Source: a virus
DNA: 64,000 nt
Virus record (IMG/VR): IMGVR_UViG_3300021964_000017
Reading direction: 5' to 3' (one strand)
Positions 1 to 7,501 of this stretch are shown one piece after another. The stretch's first letter is position 1; each line of letters begins with the position of its first letter. Under the pieces are notes generated by a model that saw only the letters and a program-made list of their open reading frames with translations, did not search any database and was not told the origin of the DNA. Both the position numbers and the translations under genes were made by a program.

Positions 1-281
1 CCCCAGCAACGATTTAAGCTTTGGCCTGGAACTCTGTATCTGGGATTGTGTTTTAGAAAGTCTCTTAGCTCTGCCAACTCAGCTGCTTGTATCTTCATAC
101 GTACCTTCATAGCGCAACTTGCTATCTTCGTAAAGTCGATAGTGTCGAACTTATCAATTGAGTAGTTATGATCAGATAGACATTTCTTCAATCCGTTGTT
201 ATATGTCTCTTCTGCGTTTGCGTGGTTAAATGTAAAGAAAACTAAACAGCCAATTACTAAACACCGTAATACATTTTTCAT
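1..281 (-). CDS. exported hypothetical protein, runs off window edge (not in ORF track)
   Basis: Hand translation from ATG at 281: MKNVLRCLVIGCLVFFTFNHANA|EETYNNGLKKC..., signal-peptide-like N-terminus, frame open to position 1. Confidence 0.7.
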   Translation of the reverse strand, partial: MKNVLRCLVIGCLVFFTFNHANAEETYNNGLKKCLSDHNYSIDKFDTIDFTKIASCAMKVRMKIQAAELAELRDFLKHNPRYRVPGQSLNRCW

Positions 282-302
282 TATGTGTTATTATTTCATC
301 TC

Positions 303-944
303 CTAATTTGCTAGTGGATTATCCAATGCTCGCTGCAGCTTCGTATTCAATGCGTCTTGCAGTTCTCTCATTTCACGAGCAATCTTTGCTTCTAGGTCAG
401 TCATACGCTGGCCACTAGACTCACGCAGATCTGTTGCTTTAGTATCGTATTGATTCTGTAGTGCATCTCTCTTATTATCAAAACGCTCTTCAGCATTCTG
501 AATAATCTGTCTGATGTCTGCTTCTGTCTCTCGTACCAACTTCTCTACTCTACGAGTCTGATCTTCAAGGTAACCAATCTGTGAGTTGGTGTCTACTTTG
601 TTCTCGCGGTTGCGGGTGTTTGCATCATCTAACTGCTTTTGTATAGCAATAAGCTGAATAGTGATTTCTTTATTTACATTTTCAAGTGACGCTTCTATCT
701 GTTGATTGCGTGTTTCAATTACATCAACATCAATGTTTTGAACAATCTCTTTCATACCCATGTAGTCGTCATACACTTGGAAAGCACCGTACAGACCACC
801 GACGATTGAACTGAGCAACGCAAACAGCATACCAATAGTTGTTGGTGTCATTGTGATACCAAACAACTTCATTTTAGTGTTCTTGAGATTTTCTACTTCT
901 TGTTCAAAATTCTCTATGCCTTCGCCAAGATCTTTATCGGCCAT
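303..944 (-). CDS. membrane-anchored coiled-coil protein
   Basis: Single hydrophobic segment (IGMLFALLSSIVGGLYGAF) followed by long heptad-rich helix. Confidence 0.7.
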   Translation of the reverse strand: MADKDLGEGIENFEQEVENLKNTKMKLFGITMTPTTIGMLFALLSSIVGGLYGAFQVYDDYMGMKEIVQNIDVDVIETRNQQIEASLENVNKEITIQLIAIQKQLDDANTRNRENKVDTNSQIGYLEDQTRRVEKLVRETEADIRQIIQNAEERFDNKRDALQNQYDTKATDLRESSGQRMTDLEAKIAREMRELQDALNTKLQRALDNPLAN

Positions 945-955
945 CTAAACTTCTC

Positions 956-1378
956 CTAGTTTTCAAACTGTGCTGTACTAGACTCATTCAAACGCCTAAG
1001 AGCCTCTAACTCTTGTTGCAGCTTTAAAACTTCTAGTCGCTTTTTCCTCAGCTCTAATTGATATAAACTGTTACAGTTAATTCTTTCTTTGGGTTTGTCC
1101 AATGGAATAACAATACGTGCATACACACCCACATCTTTTTCGCTATTGCCATAATCAGGAGATCCAAACGGACTTGCATAATTATCAATGATACCAGTAA
1201 GACCAAATTCAAGTTGTGTCGCGCCACCGATAGAGTTCTTACAATCTATGTCCCCAGCTCTAATGCTGTCTGATCCATATGAACTACCAGCTCCTGGCAG
1301 CGACAATCCAATTCCTGCATTATCAGCTAATCCTTGAATTGGGAATAACATAACACATGCTATAATATATTTTTTCAT
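956..1378 (-). CDS. exported protein with paired Cys, beta-hairpin and C-terminal coiled coil
   Basis: Signal peptide MKKYIIACVMLFPIQGLA; amphipathic strands QLEFGLTG / VGVYARIVIP between Cys residues. Confidence 0.65.
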   Translation of the reverse strand: MKKYIIACVMLFPIQGLADNAGIGLSLPGAGSSYGSDSIRAGDIDCKNSIGGATQLEFGLTGIIDNYASPFGSPDYGNSEKDVGVYARIVIPLDKPKERINCNSLYQLELRKKRLEVLKLQQELEALRRLNESSTAQFEN

Positions 1379-1764
1379 TCGCCTGGCCCCCCTACCTTAG
1401 AACAAATCTTAGATGAGATCGCTGTCCGATTAACAACCGATTTGCGTAATTTTGATACAGAGCATATGTAAGTAACTTTGTCCTTATTAATGTCTTGAAC
1501 GTAAATATCAAACGTCACTGCGCTCAGGTATGGAATTTTATAAACTTTGTAACTGGAAACGAACCGAATGGGTTTCCAATCTTTAGTGAAAACTCCAATT
1601 TCATAGTACTCAATCTCCGGTCTTTTATTGAATACTGTTAAGGAAGTCTTATGCAGACCTTCCATATAAGATGGTGCCAACTTGGGATATGTTGGCACCA
1701 TCTCATGTGCATTTACAGGAGAACAAACAATACACACTAGCATAAACAAGACATAACGTAACAT
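1375..1764 (-). CDS. exported Ig-fold protein, PapD/fimbrial chaperone N-domain-like
   Basis: Signal peptide, then HEMVPTY...TSLTVFNKR..EYYEIGVF..W...F pattern resembling the first domain of pilus chaperones. Confidence 0.45.
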   Translation of the reverse strand: MLRYVLFMLVCIVCSPVNAHEMVPTYPKLAPSYMEGLHKTSLTVFNKRPEIEYYEIGVFTKDWKPIRFVSSYKVYKIPYLSAVTFDIYVQDINKDKVTYICSVSKLRKSVVNRTAISSKICSKVGGPGE

Positions 1765-1773
1765 AAGTAATCC

Positions 1774-2292
1774 TTACTTCGCGATACAGGAAGCCTCTAC
1801 AAGTGCTGTATAGTTGCCTCCAGGGAACGCTTTAGAACCACCCATTGTGGCTGTTGAAGAAGTTTCAAACCATGTTGATCCAGTAGCAGTAAGATCATAG
1901 CGATCTGTCATTCCTGTTTCAATTTTATTGGTTTCGTACGATCCCATCCCCGTTGCATCTGACAATGTCTTGACGGATGTGTCCCCAGCCCAGGTAACAA
2001 GGTCTGGAAGGTTAGGTGCAGATGAAAAGCTACTGGGCGCAGTAATATCCACGTAGTATGCGTTTGCTAGAGTCACATCTACTCGGATAATTGGAAGTGC
2101 TCCACCATCGGCTGGTGTTGTGGATAGTGTATAAGCATTAGGGTTTCCGTAGATCCCAGGTTGGTCTGTTTGAATAATACAGCGACTTTGTACGGTACCA
2201 TTAATAGGTGTGTCTTGTGCTTGCGAGATACCTGGTTGTACCAGAAGTGGTACAAGGAGTACTGCAAGCGCACCTCTTTTTAAAGTTAACAT
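1774..2292 (-). CDS. chaperone-usher/Csu (spore coat U)-like pilin subunit
   Basis: Signal peptide, N-terminal INGTVQSRC, Thr/Ser/Gly-rich beta body, C-terminal PGGNYTALVEASC; two Cys. Confidence 0.55.
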   Translation of the reverse strand: MLTLKRGALAVLLVPLLVQPGISQAQDTPINGTVQSRCIIQTDQPGIYGNPNAYTLSTTPADGGALPIIRVDVTLANAYYVDITAPSSFSSAPNLPDLVTWAGDTSVKTLSDATGMGSYETNKIETGMTDRYDLTATGSTWFETSSTATMGGSKAFPGGNYTALVEASCIAK

Positions 2293-2302
2293 TTTATTCT
2301 CC

Positions 2303-3208
2303 TTAGTTTTCGTTTAGGGTATATTGCATATCAATCATTTGCTTGTGTAACAACTGCTGAGCTAATCCATTACGTAAACCATTCTTTGCATCAGGAATTT
2401 TTGTATCTACTAATGATACACTTTCATTGTATTGTCCACCTGGAATACTAGCTATCAAATATGTTGAAGCGATTGCGGTTTGAGCAACCTCATTCATTAA
2501 CTGTATTCTTTGATTCTCCGCTAACAACGCATTTGTGTCGATAGCAGACATTGCCTTTTCCAGTCTGTATTTTCTCTTCAGTTCTTCTTCTTCTTCTTTT
2601 TTCTTCTTTTCAGATTCTTCTAAATTCTCTACATCTTGCTCTAAAGAAACCTTGCGGTCAAGCTCAATGTTCTCATCTTTGGTTGCATCATATACATCAT
2701 CCAGACTAACCTGGGGGATGTCTGGCACCGGCGTCACATATCCAGGACAGTTCGGATCAAACTGTGGATCATAACAAGGGGTAACCTTGTAGGTATATAT
2801 CACACTCGCATCGTAAACTGAACCATTTCCTTGCACATCAATACTACCAGGTCCCCATAGCTCTCTAGGCAGATCACCCACAGCAACAACTTTATTAATC
2901 TGCGTGCCAGCTATTGATCCTGGCTTCCAATCATCTCGCTGTCTAAAGATATATCCAGTCCCATCCGCGTTCTCGTTTTGGACATAAACTGTAACCCATT
3001 CACCCGTTTCTTTTTGAATTCTATAACTGTATATTACATTCTGAATATCCAACCCAGCAGGATCTGGTAACACGCCGCCCATAGACCAGCTTAAAGACTG
3101 ATCTGTTATAGCGTTTCCAGTATACCCGAAGTACGGTGCTATGCTATCAGAGTAGCAGTAGGAAGGCCAAAACGCCAGCGCCGACAACAGGAGCAGCTTT
3201 TTCTGCAT
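2303..3208 (-). CDS. exported protein, beta-rich N-domain + PCYDPQFDPNCPGY motif + charged helical tail
   Basis: Signal peptide; disulfide motif CxDPxxDPxCPGY; KE-rich coiled coil. Confidence 0.65.
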   Translation of the reverse strand: MQKKLLLLSALAFWPSYCYSDSIAPYFGYTGNAITDQSLSWSMGGVLPDPAGLDIQNVIYSYRIQKETGEWVTVYVQNENADGTGYIFRQRDDWKPGSIAGTQINKVVAVGDLPRELWGPGSIDVQGNGSVYDASVIYTYKVTPCYDPQFDPNCPGYVTPVPDIPQVSLDDVYDATKDENIELDRKVSLEQDVENLEESEKKKKEEEEELKRKYRLEKAMSAIDTNALLAENQRIQLMNEVAQTAIASTYLIASIPGGQYNESVSLVDTKIPDAKNGLRNGLAQQLLHKQMIDMQYTLNEN

Positions 3209-3746
3209 CTATAGGTCCCATTAGTTTGAGTTCTTTTTCAGTCTCTTCAACATGAGTTTCCCAACCCAGCTTAGCCGCTTCACCAATTAAACCTTGATAT
3301 GGACAAGGTGTTCCTGCGTTCATCATTGCCTTAAAGACGTTTTCATCTTGACACATAGTTGAAACTGCGGCCACCTTCATGCCCATATCGTAGAGCACTT
3401 TTGCATTTTTCAATCGCTGACAATTCTCTTCAGTGAATGTACCACCCGCCGAGATACCTAAGATCTGTGTTTGTACAGATGCTGAAGCACCAATTGTACA
3501 TAAGTCACTATTATTCCCAGAACTAAACTGTGGTGATATTGCGGATGGGGGTGGCTGCTTAATAGTTGTTGTCATTTGTCCACTGGTAGTGATATTACTA
3601 TCATTGCCTGACAAAGTACACACATACCCTTCAGGACATTCAACATCTTGAGCATGTGCTGATGTTGCGAGTGCCGCAACTATCAACATACCAAAGAACA
3701 TCACTACAACTAGCCAAATAATTTTATGCAACATGTTAAACTCCAT
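3147..3746 (-). CDS. exported Cys-rich phage protein with C-terminal hydrophobic anchor
   Basis: Signal peptide; PPPSAISP...DLC...NC...MC...TPCP; C-terminus VVGAGVLAFLLLL. Confidence 0.7.
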   Translation of the reverse strand: MEFNMLHKIIWLVVVMFFGMLIVAALATSAHAQDVECPEGYVCTLSGNDSNITTSGQMTTTIKQPPPSAISPQFSSGNNSDLCTIGASASVQTQILGISAGGTFTEENCQRLKNAKVLYDMGMKVAAVSTMCQDENVFKAMMNAGTPCPYQGLIGEAAKLGWETHVEETEKELKLMGPIDAEKAAPVVGAGVLAFLLLL

Positions 3747-3756
3747 TCATCAGTCC

Positions 3757-3764
3757 TATTTATA
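3757..3764 (-). promoter_or_regulatory. T4-type late promoter TATAAATA
   Basis: Exact consensus just upstream of the 3746 start; gp55 encoded in window. Confidence 0.7.
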
Positions 3765-3984
3765 AAGATTCCTTTTTGGACCCATACTGGTGGCATTTGA
3801 GATCAATAATCTCATATCGTTCCAGTATAGAAGTATTCTCGTATAGTGAATTTACTTTTTGAACCACCACGTTCATACATTGCTGTTCTGTTTCGAATTT
3901 TACTTTACCCTCAACTACTTCGCAGGTCTCATATGAATGGGGTTGTCCAATAAGACATACGTATATTGCTGCTGTGAATATCAT
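3760..3984 (-). CDS. small Cys-containing hypothetical protein
   Basis: ORF track; four spaced Cys. Confidence 0.6.
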   Translation of the reverse strand: MIFTAAIYVCLIGQPHSYETCEVVEGKVKFETEQQCMNVVVQKVNSLYENTSILERYEIIDLKCHQYGSKKESL

Positions 3985-4068
3985 TATAGTTTCTCTCTAA
4001 ATAATGTGCCCGTATTATTTAGTCAAGAATAAAGGCCGCACAAATCGACCTTTTAGTGTTGTATTTGC

Positions 4069-4548
4069 CTAATCAATATTAGCTCTATCTAACCGTCTAA
4101 ATATTTCTTCAATGTCCTTCAAGACATTGTGGATGCGTTTATCATCATCTATCTGTGTGTTGTTAACTTCACGTTCTATCTTGTCAAGTCTGCTGTAGAT
4201 ATCTGAAACTTTGTTTGACAGGTTACGCATCTGTTCAAGTGTGTCTCTCAGTGCGTAGATTTGATCTCTTAATGTGTCCATCTGTCCACGTGTAACTGAG
4301 TCATTTTTCTGACGCTCTAATGATCCTACAATTCCGTTTACTTCAGCACTGATTGACTGTAAATCTAATAGTTGCTTGTTGATGTCTTTTTGGGATTGTG
4401 CAATAGAATCTATCCTTGCGTGAGCATCTGCTGATGTCTGTATAGACTGTTCAAGCGAAGTTTGTAGATCACTGGTGATTCTAAGACCTCCGTACAACAC
4501 CCCAATCAAAGGCAAGACTGCTGTGATATATCCTATCCATTTCCACAT
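4069..4548 (-). CDS. membrane-anchored coiled-coil protein (paralog-like to 303..944; possible i-spanin)
   Basis: N-terminal TM (GVLYGGLRI, cf. GGLYGAFQV) then coiled coil; AAGGAG RBS. Confidence 0.65.
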   Translation of the reverse strand: MWKWIGYITAVLPLIGVLYGGLRITSDLQTSLEQSIQTSADAHARIDSIAQSQKDINKQLLDLQSISAEVNGIVGSLERQKNDSVTRGQMDTLRDQIYALRDTLEQMRNLSNKVSDIYSRLDKIEREVNNTQIDDDKRIHNVLKDIEEIFRRLDRANID

Positions 4549-4569
4549 TTTATAATTCTCCTTAAAAAC

Positions 4570-4597
4570 AAAAAAGTCGGGCTAACCATGGCCCGAC
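4570..4597 (-). terminator. intrinsic terminator
   Basis: GTCGGGC-catggtta-GCCCGAC followed by TTTTTTGTTTTT on minus strand. Confidence 0.75.
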
Positions 4598-4628
4598 ACG
4601 TGCTTATTACGTAGCAACCCGATACTTT

Positions 4629-4636
4629 TATTTATA
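4629..4636 (-). promoter_or_regulatory. late promoter TATAAATA
   Basis: Exact consensus. Confidence 0.6.
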
Positions 4637-4640
4637 CGTA

Positions 4641-5000
4641 TTAGAATGCGAAAGATGCACCCATTTTTACGTTGCCAAACTCAAAGTCAGAGTCTGTAGA
4701 TACTTCACCATATGCGGTCAAGCCTGTTGCGCCAATGGCATACTCAGCTGAGAAGTCCAGACCCTTAAAGGTGTCATCACCATTGAGGTTCATCAGATCG
4801 AATGTGGATCCCACGGTTACTTCTGCGCCCATAAGACCCAAGCCAACTTCAGGAGTTGCTTCAAGTGCCCAAAGCTCTGTGCCAGTGGTGTAGTTCATAT
4901 CTACTTCACCACCTACTGTAAGACCATTACCAAGGTCTACTGCTGATGCTTGTGTTGCAACCAAGAGAGTTGCTGCTGTTGCGAATACTGCGAGTTTCAT
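4641..5000 (-). CDS. small outer-membrane beta-barrel (porin-like) protein
   Basis: Signal peptide, about 8 amphipathic strands, C-terminal beta-signal KMGASFAF ending in Phe. Confidence 0.75.
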   Translation of the reverse strand: MKLAVFATAATLLVATQASAVDLGNGLTVGGEVDMNYTTGTELWALEATPEVGLGLMGAEVTVGSTFDLMNLNGDDTFKGLDFSAEYAIGATGLTAYGEVSTDSDFEFGNVKMGASFAF

Positions 5001-5035
5001 TTTACTTTTTCCTAGATTGAGTTAAACATTATAAA

Positions 5036-5330
5036 AGTGCCACATTTTCTGTTGCTAAGCAAGTGGCCAGCTCCCTGTGTTTAGGCTGCTAGAGCCAAAC
5101 CAGATGGTGCAAAGTTATTGTTTGCAGTTAGTTTGTTTGATCTATACGCGATCATCCGGTAAACTCCACTTCATCTTCACACCTGTCGATCCTATTTCAG
5201 CCCCATCAAAAGTACACTTTATATTGAGAGGTTCTTACGGCTTCAGCGCTGCCTCGTAGTGTACTTATGGTGGAGCTGCTGGGTACCGCCCCCAGGTCCA
5301 GTATGTGTCCACGTTGCTTCAACGTTTACT
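5036..5330 (-). ncRNA. ssrA: circularly permuted (two-piece) tmRNA, alphaproteobacterial type
   Basis: Acceptor piece ends GGACCTGGGGGCGGTACCCAGCAGCTCCACCA (CCA end at 5268); intervening segment 5267-5205; coding piece starts GGGGCTGAAATAGGATCGAC at 5204; tag reading frame 5125-5081 = ANNNFAPSGLALAA*; outer ends approximate. Confidence 0.93.
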
Positions 5331-5333
5331 AGC

Positions 5334-5561
5334 TTACTTATACATCCTCTTTAATTTAAAGGCAACAAGGTTTAAACATTTGTACAGAGTAGGACCTAAA
5401 AGGCACAGTGCATAATACATTCCAAGTATTATCAAATACTCTGTAAACACATTCCCTTGTGTACGTAACACTCCACTGAATATACTACTATGGATTGCGG
5501 TGTATAGTAATACAAGAAAATATGAAAAGAATGGCCCCAAAGCCAGCATTAGCAATTTCAT
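5334..5561 (-). CDS. small two-TM membrane protein
   Basis: Two hydrophobic segments; TAATG-coupled to upstream ORF. Confidence 0.55.
   Translation of the reverse strand: MKLLMLALGPFFSYFLVLLYTAIHSSIFSGVLRTQGNVFTEYLIILGMYYALCLLGPTLYKCLNLVAFKLKRMYK
5337..5365 (-). promoter_or_regulatory. sigma70-like promoter for tmRNA
   Basis: TTGCCT-17 bp-TATAAG. Confidence 0.55.
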
Positions 5562-5806
5562 TAAAAGGGTGGCTCCTCACCCTCATACGAAGGCATCCAT
5601 CCCATGGATATACCAGTGCGTACAGCGCGCTCATGGGGAGTTTCTTCTTCAGGCCACACAATATCTGACTGTGAACCATAAATTGCTATTCTGTCATCTG
5701 ATGATAGAACGCCATGCTTAAGCATCCAGCACTCAAGGTCAATAGGTATCTCTTCAGTTGCTTGCATCCCAATCTCCATCCCATGTATAAAATAAATGAT
5801 TACCAA
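5561..5806 (-). CDS. hypothetical protein (true start probably internal)
   Basis: ORF track; acidic, ends GEEPPF. Confidence 0.55.
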   Translation of the reverse strand: MVIIYFIHGMEIGMQATEEIPIDLECWMLKHGVLSSDDRIAIYGSQSDIVWPEEETPHERAVRTGISMGWMPSYEGEEPPF

Positions 5807-6242
5807 TCACTTTAGACAGATCAACATATTCTGCCCAGCTAGGATTGACGTAGTTCGCATGATAGTATACAGCACCCATGGTAGGGTCGACAACATTTCC
5901 TATCATGACATCGCGCGCAATTACCTTAGCTGCGTTCCACGCTTTGTATTCTTGTGGAGTCTGCTGTTTAATTAGATGAGTCCAGCTAAACTGCTTAGGT
6001 TGATAAACAACCTCACAAACCGTTGAAGGCCATTTTTTATGGGCCACACGATTCATAGTAACATGAGCAACTGCAATTTGACCTTCTACACGTTCACCTC
6101 TAGCCTCATGATAGATGTTCAAAGCAAGGCATTCATGCTGCTTTGAATCAACGGTAGGAGGAGCCATCATAGCTGCCGCAACAACGCTTGCTGCAATAGA
6201 CATAGTGATTAATCCACTTATTATGTTAGTTGTTCTGCTCAT
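5754..6242 (-). CDS. cell wall hydrolase, SleB/Hydrolase_2 family (candidate endolysin)
   Basis: CLALNIYHEARGE...GQIAVAHV.MNRV...CEVVYQPKQFSW...GAVYYHA.YVNPSW...IGNHLFY; weakly hydrophobic N-terminal anchor. Confidence 0.9.
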   Translation of the reverse strand: MSRTTNIISGLITMSIAASVVAAAMMAPPTVDSKQHECLALNIYHEARGERVEGQIAVAHVTMNRVAHKKWPSTVCEVVYQPKQFSWTHLIKQQTPQEYKAWNAAKVIARDVMIGNVVDPTMGAVYYHANYVNPSWAEYVDLSKVIGNHLFYTWDGDWDASN

Positions 6243-6283
6243 ACTTATACATACCTCACTTTGATATTGAAGTCAACAGCTAA

Positions 6284-6295
6284 TATTTATAAATA
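6284..6295. promoter_or_regulatory. palindromic double late promoter TATTTATAAATA
   Basis: TATAAATA on both strands (6284-6291 minus, 6288-6295 plus) between divergent genes. Confidence 0.7.
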
Positions 6296-6329
6296 CGATA
6301 ATAAAACAATAATAATTGGGAACCAACCT

Positions 6330-6794
6330 ATGTATGAATATAGAGCAAGGATTAACAGAGTCGTAGATGGCGATACCGTTGATGTTGATATTGAACTTGG
6401 ATTTGGAGTTGTCTTATCAGACGAGCGAGTCCGTATTATGGGTATTGATACACCCGAATCCCGTACAAGCGATAAAGTAGAAAAGTTGTTTGGAAAAGCT
6501 GCTAAGGCTAAACTTCAAGAACTGTTGGGCGATGTCTCTATTCTAAAGACCCAGATCGCTAAAGACGGTGAAGATATGAAAGGTAAGTTTGGCCGAGTTC
6601 TTGGTGACTTTGTTACAGAAGATGGTCGAATGGTAACAGAAGTAATGGCAGAGACCGGCCATTGCGTGCCGTACATGGGTGGTTCGAAAGAAGATACACA
6701 GGCAGGCCACCAAGCTAATAGAGAGCGTCTATTGGCCGAAGGTGTGGTGTCACAAGAGGATTATAAAAAGGCTTGGGAGAAAATGAATGGCTGA
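6330..6794 (+). CDS. thermonuclease (SNase family)
   Basis: RVVDGDTVDVDI...RVRIMGIDTPESRT...GKFGRVLG; start taken at MYEY. Confidence 0.9.
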   Translation: MYEYRARINRVVDGDTVDVDIELGFGVVLSDERVRIMGIDTPESRTSDKVEKLFGKAAKAKLQELLGDVSILKTQIAKDGEDMKGKFGRVLGDFVTEDGRMVTEVMAETGHCVPYMGGSKEDTQAGHQANRERLLAEGVVSQEDYKKAWEKMNG

Positions 6795-6996
6795 TAATCA
6801 ACAACCAATAGACATGCCAGAAGGTAAAATGGAAATGTCCCTCAGAGTTCTGGGCAATGAGCTTATTGGAATCAAGATGACTGTAGATGACTTCAAAATG
6901 AAGTGGATGGCTTTTGGAGTAATTGCAATCGTTGTAGTAACAGCAGCAGTTTCTACCTTTGGTCCATCAATAGCGGGGTTACTCGATAATGGCTAA
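6787..6996 (+). CDS. small single-TM membrane protein
   Basis: C-terminal hydrophobic segment. Confidence 0.6.
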   Translation: MADNQQPIDMPEGKMEMSLRVLGNELIGIKMTVDDFKMKWMAFGVIAIVVVTAAVSTFGPSIAGLLDNG

Positions 6997-7348
6997 TAAG
7001 AAAAACACTTTTGGTATTGAACAACGAACACTAGACGGAATGAAAGCTGCTGACCTTGATGGCAACGGCGATGTTACTCATGAAGAGCTAGAGCTACAGC
7101 GTAAGATTTTAGAGATTCAAGACGAAGATGCTATGCGTGATGCACAGCGGAAGATGGCATGGTTTGCCTTGTTTGGAATGCTGCTGTATCCATTTGCTGT
7201 TGTTCTAGCAGTGCTGCTTGGACTGGGCGAAGCGTCGAAGATACTTGGAAGCATGGCTTCTGTATACTTTGTCTCTGTCGCAGCAATCGTAGCAGCGTTC
7301 TTTGGTGGCCAAGCGATCAAAGGTAAGGGTACGCCTGATAAGAAGTAG
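6989..7348 (+). CDS. two-TM membrane protein with EF-hand-like loop (holin-like candidate)
   Basis: DLDGNGDVTHEE loop, two TM helices, basic C-terminus. Confidence 0.6.
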   Translation: MANKKNTFGIEQRTLDGMKAADLDGNGDVTHEELELQRKILEIQDEDAMRDAQRKMAWFALFGMLLYPFAVVLAVLLGLGEASKILGSMASVYFVSVAAIVAAFFGGQAIKGKGTPDKK

Positions 7349-7500
7349 TGCGGAACGTATATTCTAGTTCACTAATCAGATCTTTTAAGTCATCTCGATT
7401 AGCTTGATATAGAAATCCAATTCCCCCAGCAGCTTTCCACTTTTGAATGTTGCTGGGGTTATCATCTACAAGGATGTTAGGCGAACCATCAACAATGTCA
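7317..7500 (-). pseudogene. 5'-truncated remnant of HAD-family 5'(3')-deoxyribonucleotidase
   Basis: Frame reads DIVDGSPNILVDDNPSNIQKWKAAGGIGFLYQANRDDLKDLISELE...*; no in-frame start before upstream stop. Confidence 0.65.
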
Positions 7501-7501
7501 T

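Noticed and set aside
4590-4630. preQ1 or SAM riboswitch
   Set aside because: Does not match those consensus patterns as I recall them and is not upstream of a related gene; kept only as an unnamed candidate RNA
5077-5259. 60-aa plus-strand ORF and the many other short antisense/nested ORFs in the track
   Set aside because: Shadows of tmRNA or of well-supported minus-strand genes; no recognisable motifs
5268-5300. Stand-alone tRNA gene or attP fragment
   Set aside because: It is the acceptor piece of the permuted tmRNA; no integrase nearby; no other tRNA recognised in the window
7423-7458. Inverted repeat as terminator for the plus-strand unit
   Set aside because: Long loop, no U-tract, and it lies within the nucleotidase remnant coding frame; may be coincidental
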